In this document: positions 49,701 through 60,100 of the stretch, piece by piece
Layout: each line of letters opens with the position of its first letter
Position numbering within the stretch: the stretch's first letter is position 1
Assembly: GCF_035594765.1 (NCBI RefSeq)
Contig: NC_085845.1
Coordinates: 18,532,024 to 18,596,023 of the forward strand
Reading direction: 5' to 3'
DNA: 64,000 nucleotides
Origin: Anolis carolinensis
Taxonomy: Eukaryota
The notes under the pieces: model-generated
Told to the model about the DNA's origin: nothing
The model's input: the letters and a program-made list of their open reading frames with translations, nothing else
Databases searched by the model: none
Program-made: the position numbers and the translations under genes

Positions 49701-52700
49701 AAGGTAAACTAATATTGGAGATAGTGAATGGAAAAAGGTGGTGAGACTGACAAGTCTACTGACACATTTGAAAGATATAGGAAAATATACAGAAATACTA
49801 AGACACAAAAATGCATAATTATTGGAAGGGGTGGGGGTTCCACTTCAGCAGCAACAATTTGAGGGGAAATAACTCTTTACCGAACACAGCTCTGATTTTC
49901 TTAAAAGGTGAAATACTGCCTTATCATCCAAAACATGTTTCAAAACCCAACTTAAATATTTATGGAATCATTACAGCACAATTTCCACATTATTCTGGTC
50001 ATACTAACCATATATTATTTGACACATGCGGGGACATGGGAAAAGCCTCCTGCAAGGTTGGTAAAAACATCAAAAACATCTGGTCGTCCCCTGGGCAACG
50101 TCTTTGCAGACGGTCAATTATCTCACACCAGAAGCGACCTGCAATTTCTCAAGTCGCTCCTGACAAGAAAAAAAATTGACACATTCATTCCCAATTTCAC
50201 TTGTGGTTCTGCTTTGAAGTCACCAGAAGAAGAAGAAATTACAGAGCATATGAAAACATATTTTGGTTTTTGTCTTATTTTCTACAGCAAAAATATGCAA
50301 ATTTAAACCGAACTCTTGCCAGAGTGGAGGAGGAAAAGACTGAAAAGTGGGCTTCTAATTCGGATCCTAAATGCTGGCAGAACATAGAACAGTAAGTCTC
50401 TGTTAGATTTTTACAGTTGCTGTTTTAAAAAAGAAGCTATGTGCAAATCTTTGTCATAGTTTGGTTTTTCTGGCGTTTACATTCCTAATTCCAAATTAAA
50501 GAGAAGAATACATTATTTAGTGTATGTGGAATGTAGGATTAGGGAGTGAATAGGGAGGAACGATGTGAGTTGCATTACTGCGACATCTGGAGGATTATAA
50601 TATTCTCACTTCTAGTTAAATGGGTTTGTAGGGGCTATTTTTGCAGTTGTGGATGTCTCAGGAATTCTTGGACTTGAACAAAAAATGTCATGTTTTGAGG
50701 TTTACTATCTAGCCTTGTGAGCTACTATGATTTTTTGTACCCAGGCTGAAAATCCTCTTAAGGAGTAGAACGAGATAAGCCCTTTGGCCTCAACCCCAGA
50801 ACTTGATAGAAACTTGTTAGAGAAGACTAACTAAACAGGACAAGCATGGTTTAACTTCTAGCCCACCTCCTATGCTTTTTCAAAAGAAGAGTGCCGAGAA
50901 GTTCAAGACCTTTTAAAACTGCAACTCTGATGCATATAATTGAACCATGACAGTTAAAGTGGTGTCAGACTGCATTAATTTTATAGAGTAGATGTATCCT
51001 AGGCCTATTTTCCAGGTCAAGCAAGTTACCCCAGGATACGGAGTTGGAGAAAACATGTCAGATCTGGGTTTGGATAGTACTTCCCATGATGTAAAATAAC
51101 ACTAAGGGAACAAGTAACCATTCTATTGCTTCTCTTTCTCTGTTGCCTCTTATCCCTTCCTTCTCTATTATCTAAAAGTAAGCAATGTATAATATTCAAT
51201 AGGGAGCTTCTGCTTGAAAATGGAGATTTAACGGAGAAACTGAAATCAACTCAAAATAACTCAGAGCAGAAGCCCCTTGTCACTTGCAAGAAATGCTGAA
51301 CTCCAAAAGCAAAGGCTCAAAGACTATTGGTACATTGTTCTTTTTTGCCTAACAGGGAAATTAAGTTGATCTTCTCATCTGCTGCTTGCATCAATGGAAG
51401 CTTTCAAGAGAAGAGGTAAATTGCACCCACTCTTTCTGTCAACTAGGGCTGAGATTAAACTTGGTGGATTTATCTTTTAATGATTAGCAAGAAGAATATG
51501 TGAAAACTCTGTGGACATTCACAGACATGCGTTATCACCAAGTCCTCTTTGCTGGCAAATAGGGCTTGCAAAGTATTCATGATTGATAACAAAGAAAGAA
51601 ACTGAGATTCTAACTGGTTCATTGTATTTCTGACAGAGAGAAAACTTGCAGAACATCCTCAAAGGCTGCCAATGTGGATATGCCAGCAGTGTTCCTTTTC
51701 TGTGAAAAGATTGCTGCTAAGCCTAAAGTCATCACACAGGTAAGTCTCAACCCTGGAATCTGATCTATCAGGATAGAATAGAAAATTGTCAGATTTTTGT
51801 CCTATAGGAAAAGCAGAATAACTTCCTTCCATTAAAGCAATGGTTCCTAGCCTTTGGACCTCCAGGTGTTTTGGACTTCAGCACCCACAGTTCCTAACAG
51901 CTGGTAAGCTGGCTGGAATTTCTGGGAGTTGAAAGCCCAAAAACGTGGAGACCCAAAGGTTGGGAACCACTGCTTTAAAGCCAATATCCAGTGAATCTGC
52001 AAAGTTGGATTGTCATTTCTGAGATCCAATTTTTGGTAGTACATGGGAGAATTGTGGGGAATTAAAACAGAGTATTAAAAACCATTACTATATTAAACTG
52101 AATTTACTACTCTAGAGTAAGTTTTTTATTTTTGTTATGTTTTTCCCCTCCGGAAGATGTTGAAGGCCCTTCGAAAGCTTCTCAACTCTCTTTCATTGGT
52201 TCCTGCCTCTCCTGAAGCACTCAGAGTCTTCCTCATTGTTCCTGTCCTCTTATGGAAGGAGGCTATTACATCTGATTGTCTCCTTGGTCAACTGGCACAA
52301 GCCATCTGCAAACTTCCAGAAAAGGACAAGCAAATCCTTGGTAAAGCTGGTTTATTTGGAGAGGGCATTCATCACTTCACTTCAATAGTTTTGAGAATAT
52401 TAAATATGCATACTTTTAGAGTCATTTTAGTGTTTTGGAATAAAAAGAAAGGGAATACTTTGAAAGAACAATTGTCCACGGACTCTTAGCAGTCTGTTTT
52501 GCTTACAGTGATGCCTAGCTTGCTTGTTCTTACATTTAAACAAGAAAAAAATGTTATTATATCCCAATTTTATTGTCCCTTCAAAAAAGATAATATGGAG
52601 AGGGGCTTCCTTTGGCCTCACCTTCCAGCAAGGGTATATCAGATTGACTAGGACTCTGGGAAACCAAGATTTGAATCCTGGCTCAGTCATGGAAGCTCAT

Positions 52701-55700
52701 TGGGTGATCTTGGGCAAGTCACATACTCTGAGGAAAGCAATGGCAAACCTTCTCTGAATAAATCTTGCCAAGAAACCCCTAGGAGGAACAGAACCACAAG
52801 GACAATTTTTTCCTCAAGTATTTGTGTGGTTAGCTCCAAGACTGCAATGTATACTCATCAGCTCTCTTTTCAGAAACCTGGTGGTCTAATCTAGACGTCA
52901 CATTCTTCAAGGATCTAGTGGGCATGTATCAAAGACTTATCAGTGCCAATCTTTCTTCTGTCATTAAACACCTGAGATGTTCAGAGAGTGTAACCCTATC
53001 AGTGGACTTCGTTTGGCCTCTTCAGGTTCTACAGATGCTTTATGAGGTAGGAAGACCTTGAATGGAAAATTTGAGGCATTGTATGAGAGAGTCTCAACAT
53101 TGCCTAACTGAAGGATTGATGACATATTTGTTCTGTGTCAAGGTAATGGTTCAATGTAGTGAAATGTTTAACTCATTGTTTCAATGTAAGTGTGTAAGTT
53201 TGCTTCGGTAAGCAATCCAGTACTGAAATAGTTAATCGCATAGAGCAATGATTTACTGCATAGAGCAATGATTTACTGCCTAGAGGGGAAAGGAATTAGA
53301 CTTCCGCTTTTGCCTGCGTGGAAGGAAACATGTCACAGAGAATGGAATTTGAGAGGAGTTATTCTTTACTGATAAGTCTTAGCTTGCTGTAAGAGCTCCG
53401 GCTGCTATTTGTGTATATAGCTGTGTAAATAAAGATTTATTACCGCCGGGATCGACAGACAGCTATGCAGTCTTATTTGTTCGTGCTACTAGGCAGATGC
53501 TGAGTTGCCGAATGGAGGGGAGAATTGAGACGGAAGGCTGTAAGTGTCTCAATATATCCGCCTCACATCCATCATCCACATTTGACATTCTGTTCCCCCA
53601 CTTTCTCTGTGATGACCTGGGAACTACATACCAATGGCTTTAAGGTTAACTAGCAGCCTACTGGCAACTCGGAAACCCTCTGATCTAAGGAGAAGCAGGA
53701 AAGGGCTGTTAGGGAAGACGGAGGAAAAGGCAATGTGGGAGTTGGAGGCAGCACCTTGACCATTACTGACCTCAACCCCAATGGAGTATCATCAGAGATC
53801 ACTAAGAGTGAACACCAGAACTTAGAAAATTTACTATTTTGGCTGTGGCTTCCAGAATTATCCAGCCAACATGATTCCAGATGCTCCCTAAATTAGCTGG
53901 GCAGACTTGGTTTGAGGGTCTACACCTGATGGAAAAGTTTTGGTGGAACTTCTCTGCAACTGCTCTATCTCCTTAGATCTCCCTTGTGCTAAGATGTATA
54001 CCTGATTTTGAGTGTTGCAGTGTAGGATTGGAAAGAACTGGCTTCTGCAAAATCATGAAGCTCACAAAGTGACCACAAGTCAGTCACTGTCTGTCAGCTT
54101 GACTTTAAAATAAGCAGCAAAGAAGCAGCAGTGAGCAAACTCACGCATGCTCCCTTCAGATTAATGGATAGAAATATAACTTTGGATTTTTTTTAAAATT
54201 GGCATTTTTTCATATGAGGCAGTTTCTTTAAAGTTGTCTCACAGATTTTGTCCTCCATTGTACTATTACTGTTGAGCCAAAATATTTTGCAGCAAGTTTC
54301 ACATACACAGCATTTTGTTATTCTTTATTGTAAACTTGTATTCATAAATTCAGGTAAATCGCAAGACCAACTTCACAATCCAAGAAAGCAACTTTTACAT
54401 TCCTGAACTGAAAAGAATATTGGCTCCTCCAAGTAGGAATAACATATGGAATGAGGAACAAGTAAGTAGTAACTGAAATTGTTTTTACCTTTAGGAGTCA
54501 AGTGCCATTTCCTCCCGTTTTTTATTCTTCAGATTCAGATTTATTCCACTGTATTATAAATATTAGCGAGCCACTGTGTGTAGTAGTTTGAGCATTGGAG
54601 ACCAGGGTTAGATTCCCCACTTGGCCTTGGAAACCCAATGAGTGACCCTGGGCGAGTCACACATGGCTTTGGATGAAGCAGCCCAGCCCCAGAAAACCTC
54701 ATAATAGGGCTTCCTTTGGGCCTCCATGAGCTGAAAACGACTTGAAGGTATACAACAACTATGACTGTAAATAGCAGTATCTAGGTGAGACACTCCAAAA
54801 TGCCATTTTTAACATCTTAAACCCTCACAGGCCACTAAAACTAAAACAAATATAAATATGCATAACAGTGATAGCAGTGGCAATATGCATTACTTCTACC
54901 GTGTTGAAGTACTCAAAGCTATTACAAGGTTGACCATCTAAGGTGCAAAAGGAGAATATTGTTTCACCAAATTTGTTTCAAAAATATTGTTTTTCTGTTT
55001 TCTCTTGTGCAACTTTGGAGCAGCTGATACGAAGACTTGTTTCAAAGGGGGACGAAATACAAGTAAGGATTACTTGCTCTGTTTTGTTATGCTTTAGTCT
55101 TCTGGTGTCATTAATTGGTTAGCTGTCTTATCTTTCCATGTTTATCTCAGCATGAAGTTTTCTTCTCATTTACCTTCCTTTTACTCTGCTCCCCCTTTCC
55201 TACAAGAGACGCATGTTATTTGCCAAGAAACATCTTGTTTAGAGGTCACCATATGCAGGTATTTTTGTAGTGACTAAAAAGCCTAGGTGTTTCAATATGA
55301 AGAAACGTTTTTGTCTTCCTGGCTGAAATTATCCCACTTAAATCTGACTGTAACAGCTCCAACACTGGAATAAGCTGCCTCAGAATCTCTACAGGTTTTT
55401 AAGTCAATGGCCATCTGCCGGGAGTGCTCTGATTGTATGCTCCTACATGGCAGAATGGGGGTTGGATGGGATGGCCCTTTGCGGTATTTTCCAACTCTAG
55501 GATTCTGGCCTGGGATTCTAGTCTCTATTTTATAGACTGTTCAGAGCATAGAGTCAAAGGAAGGTATTAATGACCATCAGTGCAAGTGTTCTTAGGAATC
55601 TGGAAAGTGAAATACATTTTACCTCATGTTTTCACTGAACATCTGAAATCCACTGAGGAAACAGAAGCATGGTTGCGCTCAGGCAAAACAATGTATGTGT

Positions 55701-56487
55701 GTAAGCAATCTGCATGCAAGTCAATGGAGGATGAAACTTCTTCATGTAACTCAGGCCTGTTCTACACTGCCAGATAATCCAGGTTATCAAAGCAGAAAAT
55801 CCACATTATCTGCTTTGAACTGGATTATCTGAGTCTACACTGCCATATAATCCAGTTCAAAGCAGATAATGTGTATTTTATATGGCAGTGTGGAAGGGGC
55901 CTGAGTGTACATTTTGGCGTTCACTCCATCATACTGCCCTATCATACCGTTTCACATCTCATACCATTATTCTTATTATCCTGTTTCAGGTGTCCTCTAT
56001 CAGTACCACCAGGCATTTTCCTATTTTTTTTAATTTCTGCAAAAATCTGGATTTTTCCCATCTTCTCATACTTCTTTTTATCCATGGAACACATGAAATA
56101 TGTTAACAATGTAGTGAAAGACTGTAGACTTTTCAGTATTGAATTTGAAAGTTAGCAATCTTATACTGTAAATTACTGCTTTGTCATTTCAGCTTGCCTT
56201 TGATATACTCAGCCAGTTCCCTTGCATTTTTGAGTTGGAAGATAAGATTCTTCTGCATACACTATGCTGTTTGTTTCGGCATTTTAACTACAGCTTGGTA
56301 AGTGCATCAAAAATTGCAAGGTATAACTGTAAAATATTTATCATAGCCCTGTGACCTAATGTGTGTGTCCTTACAGAACAACCCTGGCATTGTTAGCAAG
56401 CTGCACGTTAGAAGGCAACATTTGATGCAGGATACATGGCAATGTATAAGAAGTGTATCATCAAACTGGTTTCAGCAGTTTTTTAAA
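39313..56487 (+). CDS. HERC5: HERC5-like RCC1-domain protein; span of 17 in-frame exons (734 codons), no HECT exons found in the window
   Basis: Basic N-terminus, then LRLFP..RQISCKHGYLAVV / KHIKLKKN..HLLILSSEG / GGELFAWGQN / ACGRWHTL matching recalled human HERC5. Lies between HERC6 and PIGY. Exon sizes and phases parallel HERC6 (77, 131, 60 nt). Confidence 0.8.
39878..40198. mobile_element. Tc1/mariner-type MITE
   Basis: Full TIRs and TA TSD. Confidence 0.9.
40520..41892. mobile_element. Two oppositely oriented Penelope fragments; the plus-strand copy is interrupted by a LINE tail and a MITE (41223-41546)
   Basis: 40520-40803 minus; 40820-41055 and 41697-41892 plus. Confidence 0.75.
41799..41839 (+). 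ncRNA. Minimal type I hammerhead ribozyme motif in a Penelope pLTR
   Basis: CCT-CTGAGGA-T-GCCTGAC-ATAGAT-GTGGGT-GAAAC-GTC^AGG: intact catalytic core, stem II, loopless stem III. Confidence 0.65.
42610..42816. mobile_element. Palindromic MITE (GGTGCATCTACAC...GATGCACC family)
   Basis: Copies or fragments at about 40370, 41895, 42030, 43147, 46090-46308 and 50880. Confidence 0.7.
43452..43584 (+). CDS. HERC5: HERC5-like exon 2
   Basis: HIKLKKNSKVDLLDSEVSHLLILSSEGRLSEH. Confidence 0.85.
43709..43773. repeat. (TATC)n microsatellite
   Basis: Directly visible. Confidence 0.95.
44464..44540 (+). CDS. HERC5: HERC5-like exon 3
   Basis: LLKELGNKRIVQIACGDHHSMALSE; 77 nt. Confidence 0.9.
45042..45345 (+). 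mobile_element. Sauria SINE (partial copy also at 44814-44960)
   Basis: tRNA-like head, ACCTTT tail. Confidence 0.9.
45626..45847 (+). CDS. HERC5: HERC5-like exon 4
   Basis: GELFAWGQNEYGQLGVG...[35 protein letters not shown]. Confidence 0.92.
46509..46600 (+). CDS. HERC5: HERC5-like exon 5
   Basis: RCFPMHVKALEDKRIAFISCGGEHTAVLSK. Confidence 0.9.
46894..47570 (-). mobile_element. Vingi-type retrotransposon fragment
   Basis: Homologous to 3785-4410. Confidence 0.7.
48129..48259 (+). CDS. HERC5: HERC5-like exon 6
   Basis: DGMVCTFGDGSHGQLGHNS...PRLVTELSGAQVSQIACG. Confidence 0.92.
48579..48727 (+). CDS. HERC5: HERC5-like exon 7
   Basis: WHTLVYVPNLGEVYSFGSGAEGQLGKG..DRLIPLP. Confidence 0.92.
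48820..49143 (+). mobile_element. Sauria SINE
   Basis: A/B-box head, ACCTTT tail. Confidence 0.88.
49627..49703 (+). CDS. HERC5: HERC5-like exon 8
   Basis: KNIPEEMVKIIAGEDQSIVLLLKEK. Confidence 0.85.
50288..50391 (+). CDS. HERC5: HERC5-like exon 9
   Basis: QKYANLNRTLARVEEEKTEKWASNSDPKCWQNIE. Confidence 0.85.
51356..51415 (+). CDS. HERC5: HERC5-like exon 10
   Basis: EIKLIFSSAACINGSFQEK; 60 nt. Confidence 0.88.
51637..51739 (+). CDS. HERC5: HERC5-like exon 11
   Basis: EKTCRTSSKAANVDMPAVFLFCEKIAAKPKVITQ. Confidence 0.8.
52157..52340 (+). CDS. HERC5: HERC5-like exon 12
   Basis: MLKALRKLLNSLSLVPASPEALRVFLIVP...LAQAICKL. Confidence 0.85.
52874..53046 (+). CDS. HERC5: HERC5-like exon 13
   Basis: TWWSNLDVTFFKDLVGMYQ...LQVLQMLYE. 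Confidence 0.85.
53136..53587 (+). mobile_element. Solo LTR (452 bp)
   Basis: TGTCAA...TTGACA termini, 5-bp TSD TTCTG, internal AATAAA, tandem 20-mer GCATAGAGCAATGATTTACT x2. Confidence 0.82.
54354..54461 (+). CDS. HERC5: HERC5-like exon 14
   Basis: VNRKTNFTIQESNFYIPELKRIL. Confidence 0.83.
55024..55062 (+). CDS. HERC5: HERC5-like candidate mini-exon 15 (39 nt; 42 nt if the upstream AG is used)
   Basis: Pyrimidine tract, GAGCAG tandem acceptor, LIRRLVSKGDEIQ, donor CAA|GTAAG; symmetric phase 0. Confidence 0.5.
56193..56297 (+). CDS. HERC5: HERC5-like exon 16
   Basis: LAFDILSQFPCIFELEDKILLH, homologous to the HERC 'C.YPF.F...K' motif. Confidence 0.82.
56377..56487 (+). CDS. HERC5: HERC5-like exon 17 (pre-HECT motif)
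   Basis: NNPGIVSKLHVRRQHLMQDTWQCI, matching the 'L.VRR..L..D' motif at the HECT boundary; donor AAA|GTAAGA. Confidence 0.8.
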
Positions 56488-57169
56488 GTAAGATACCCAG
56501 TTTTATACCTCTTACTGTGTTGTGATAAGACTCACCTGAAATTCAAATGTAATATTTTACCAGCCATCACATCCACATATTATATGTTAATGCTTTGGAA
56601 GAAACATCCAGTGAAGCAGCTAACATTGTGTTTTGTCATAGTTTAAGGTAGATCATGGAAATATTGTTGGTGCCCCCCCCCCCCCCCCCCACGAGCTGGT
56701 AGATTCTGGCAGTTGTAGTCTAGAAAAATATCATTATAAACACCCATGCTCTCTTAAGAGTTTTTTTTTAAAAAAAAAATCTTGTTAGGCTCACTCAACC
56801 CTGGCTAATTAGCAACGTTATTCACAACATGTTATACTGCCTCCATTATAACTAATTTAAATCACACATGATTTACTTCAGAGGAAAAGAAGTGAAATTA
56901 TTTTTAGTTGTACTGGAGATACATGTCTTCTAGTAAACTAGACATCTCCAAACGGGTGCCTGTCAAATATGTTGGACTACAAATCCCATCACACACTATC
57001 AGAAACATTCCTAGAGCTGGCAAGAGATGAAGCCAACAGATGGAGGATAGCAGTTTACGTATATACACCACAAAACAATGAGTTTTTACAGTGTTCTGCC
57101 TCCCTGCAACATTTCTACATAATTGACAATATGTAGTCTCGCTTCCCAATTTATATGGCATTAGAATGC

Positions 57170-57484
57170 TGGTATATTAAAGCACTGAGCTGTTGAACTT
57201 GCAGACCGAAAGGTCGCAGATTCAAATCCCGGGAGCGGAGTGAGCGCCTGCTGTTAGCTCCAGCTTCTGCCAGCCTAGCAGTTCGAAAACATGCCAATGT
57301 GAGTAGATCAATAGGTACCACTCCGGCGGGAAGGTAACAGCGCTCCATGCAGTCATGCCGGCCACATGACCTTGGAGGTGTCTATGGACAACGCCGGCTC
57401 TTTGGCTTAGAAATGGAGATGAGCACCAACCCCCAGAGTCAGACATGACTGGACTTAACATCAGGGGAAACCTTTACCTACCTT
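57170..57484 (+). mobile_element. Sauria SINE
   Basis: Near-identical to the copy at 45042. Confidence 0.9.
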
Positions 57485-58157
57485 TTTATTATCTATGGTA
57501 AACAATTGTCATGGAAAGCAGCACTTTGATGGTGTGTAATCTTGAGGTTACTTGCAGTAATTCATCATTCATTCTTTTAACAAGTAATATGGGCTGACTA
57601 TTAACAATTCAACCAACTCACATAAGGTCTTGAATAACAAAAGCAACATACAGAAATGTGGTGACTTTGGAATTTAATGTAAATGAAGCTGAATGTCCAG
57701 TTAGGCATATTTTATACATAACTAGTAACATGGTCTAGTGGTTTGACCACAGCACTAGTACTGAAAAAAAGAGTCTGAATCTCCAGTCTACCATAGAAAC
57801 CCACAGGGTAAACTTGGCCAAGTCATTCTCTCAGCCTCATAATGCGTTTAATACTAAAAGGGTCTGTGATCAAAATCCTGTCAAAAAAACCCCTTAGGGT
57901 TGCCACATGCTGGAGATGACATACAGGCACTAATCAACAGGACGAATATTTATGATCTTTTAAAAAAGAAACCTCTGAACTAAATCTAATGCTGGATATT
58001 CCTTATTAGAACTAGAAGGGCAAAACCCATTCTTAATGCAACCCATTTCCCTATAATACTGACACCCAGAGGACATATTGAATTCCTGGAAACCCTCTCT
58101 GGAATCAGATTAGTATGTCATGGGAAATTGTAGGTGAGAGGGTTATCCCCCTTTAAG

Positions 58158-58181
58158 GTGAAAATTCAAATAAAGCATTGA
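58158..58181 (+). CDS. Candidate short terminal exon of the HERC5-like gene (VKIQIKH*)
   Basis: Acceptor TTATCCCCCTTTAAG|GTG, phase 0, with AATAAA at 58169-58174. Inference only. Confidence 0.3.
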   Translation: MKIQIKH

Positions 58182-58221
58182 GCAAAATAATAATTACATA
58201 TCTACCTGGTTTTTCAGTTGC

Positions 58222-58227
58222 TTTATT
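58222..58227 (-). terminator. Candidate polyadenylation signal of PYURF-PIGY
   Basis: AATAAA on the minus strand about 610 nt after the PIGY stop. Confidence 0.55.
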
Positions 58228-58836
58228 AATGGGAAATAATTGCTTTTGAATCCCTTTTTGTTCTGTTTTGATCACAATCTGTTAATATCATTAATTCAAG
58301 CGTAAAATCTAAGGGCAGAAAACAGTGCATCTTAATGAAAGAAAAATCCTGACTACTATCTATTATCACCATGTCCAACAATTAAAAAAGGCATCCTGAA
58401 AACACAATAGGGTCATGACAGAAAATCCATTTAGGGTGACATCAGGTATTATTCTGCATGAAATGCCATTCTTCCAAGGAACTGTGATAATTGCTTGAAA
58501 GTATCTGGTAACACGTTAAGTTCTACCATGGTATATTTCTGCACAGGGTTGACTATACAGGTCCAAAGATGGAAATGTAGTCCCTTTCTTTTGGGCAAGG
58601 TAGACAGGTAGTGAAATTACGTAGTGCATTTCATCCACCTTATCTGTATAACTCATCATTATTCCTGTGGATTTGGTTGGGAATGGGAAGAGTAAAAGCA
58701 AGTTTTCTATTTGCTTGTGTGGATGCTTATTTCCATGTGTTAAGTCTGCTGCTTGTTAGGGATGGCTTCAAATCCTACTGCAAACAGATAAAGCAAAGCA
58801 CATCTTTTAGCCCATGTCCACTCATTTCAGCCTAAC

Positions 58837-59052
58837 CTAGTTGTGGCGAAAGAGTTTAAGGCCCATCCAGGTCCAGAGGTGGAAGAACACATAAACTGGT
58901 ATGGTAACTGGAAGCAGCAGGCTGTAGAAACACAGGCTGGTTGTACTTGTGCAGCCCTGAGGAAAGTTTTCATCAACACTGGCTGAATAAAACAGGCCAG
59001 CTAAAGACAACACAGGGATGAGTACAGTCATCGTAGGCAGAGACAGAAACAT
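58837..59052 (-). CDS. PIGY: Phosphatidylinositol N-acetylglucosaminyltransferase subunit Y (71 aa), second cistron
   Basis: MFLSLPTMTVLIPVLSLAGLFYSASVDENFPQGCTSTTSLCFYSLLLP...WTWMGLKLFRHN is nearly identical to recalled human PIGY; two hydrophobic segments. Confidence 0.97.
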   Translation of the reverse strand: MFLSLPTMTVLIPVLSLAGLFYSASVDENFPQGCTSTTSLCFYSLLLPVTIPVYVFFHLWTWMGLKLFRHN

Positions 59053-59093
59053 TTTTCTTCACCTGTGAATATCTTCTATAAGGAGAAAAACAT

Positions 59094-59235
59094 CTAGGTC
59101 TGCTCAGGTTCCCCTTCCTGCTTGTCTTTGCCAATCATCCTGGCAGCTTGGGGGATCATATTAGGGATGCCATCGGTGATGGGGTAGGCAATACCCAGCT
59201 CTTCATTGATTAATTCATTGGTGGATTCCTCATAT
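59094..59235 (-). CDS. PYURF: PYURF/PREY exon 2 (Trm112-like domain)
   Basis: YEESTNELINEELGIAYPITDGIPNMIPQAARM...*; acceptor TTTCCTAG|A. Confidence 0.95.
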
Positions 59236-60100
59236 CTAGGAAACATAACAAATACTGACATGTTAAGTTAGCTAATGCCATTTCTTTAAGAATAGGGTCC
59301 TGGGACAAAGAAGTAGTCAAATCAGTCTTTCAGTAAGATGTAATATGCTATTGGCATTATTATTATATTATAATAATATGAAATCCAGCATATATATCTC
59401 ATTTGCTATGTCATACTCTGTCTTTGGGTCAATAATAATAATATAATATAAACATCATCATCATCATCCTCTTACCCACCTTTCCTTAAGATAAAGAACA
59501 ACATAGTTAAATTATATAGATAAAAACCATTAAAACACATATATTAAAAGACACTGACATAAGATTAAAACCCATTAAAATAATTCGTAGCAATAAACTG
59601 CCACTTTAAAATACAGAGTTTAAAACTGACTTGGTAGGCCTGCTTTAATTGTGCTTTAAAGTTTGAAAGCTCAATTAGCTGTTAAATCTGTTCTGGCAGG
59701 TTATTCCTGCCATATAAAATCCAGATTATCTGCTTTGAACTGGATTACATGGCAGTGTAGACTCAGATTATCCAGTTCAAATCAGAAAATGTGGATTATT
59801 TGCTTTGATAATCTGAATTATGTGGCAGTGTAGAAGGGCCCATTGTCTAAAACCAGCTGATGAAAAGGTCCTCAGTTTAGATTTCTTGCTGTATGAAAAC
59901 CGTGTCCTCCTTTTTGTTGGTATACTGTGCTTTACCTTTGTGTTGCTGAGATTTTCAGGATACATTCAAAGCTACACTGTAGATTATACAGAAATCTAAA
60001 GTCTACCCCTTTCTACACTGCCATATAAAATCCAGATTATCTGCTTTGAACTGGATTATATGGCAGTGTAGAATCCTATAATAATATAATATACTATATA

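Noticed and set aside
55990-56106. Possible exon VSSISTTRHFPIFFN...*
   Set aside because: Only superficial similarity to the HERC 'FPF.FN' motif; exon 56193-56297 fits better and keeps the frame open
56908-57030. Alternative terminal exon candidate LYWRYMSSSK...*
   Set aside because: Weak acceptor, includes repeat-like sequence, no HECT similarity and no nearby poly(A) signal
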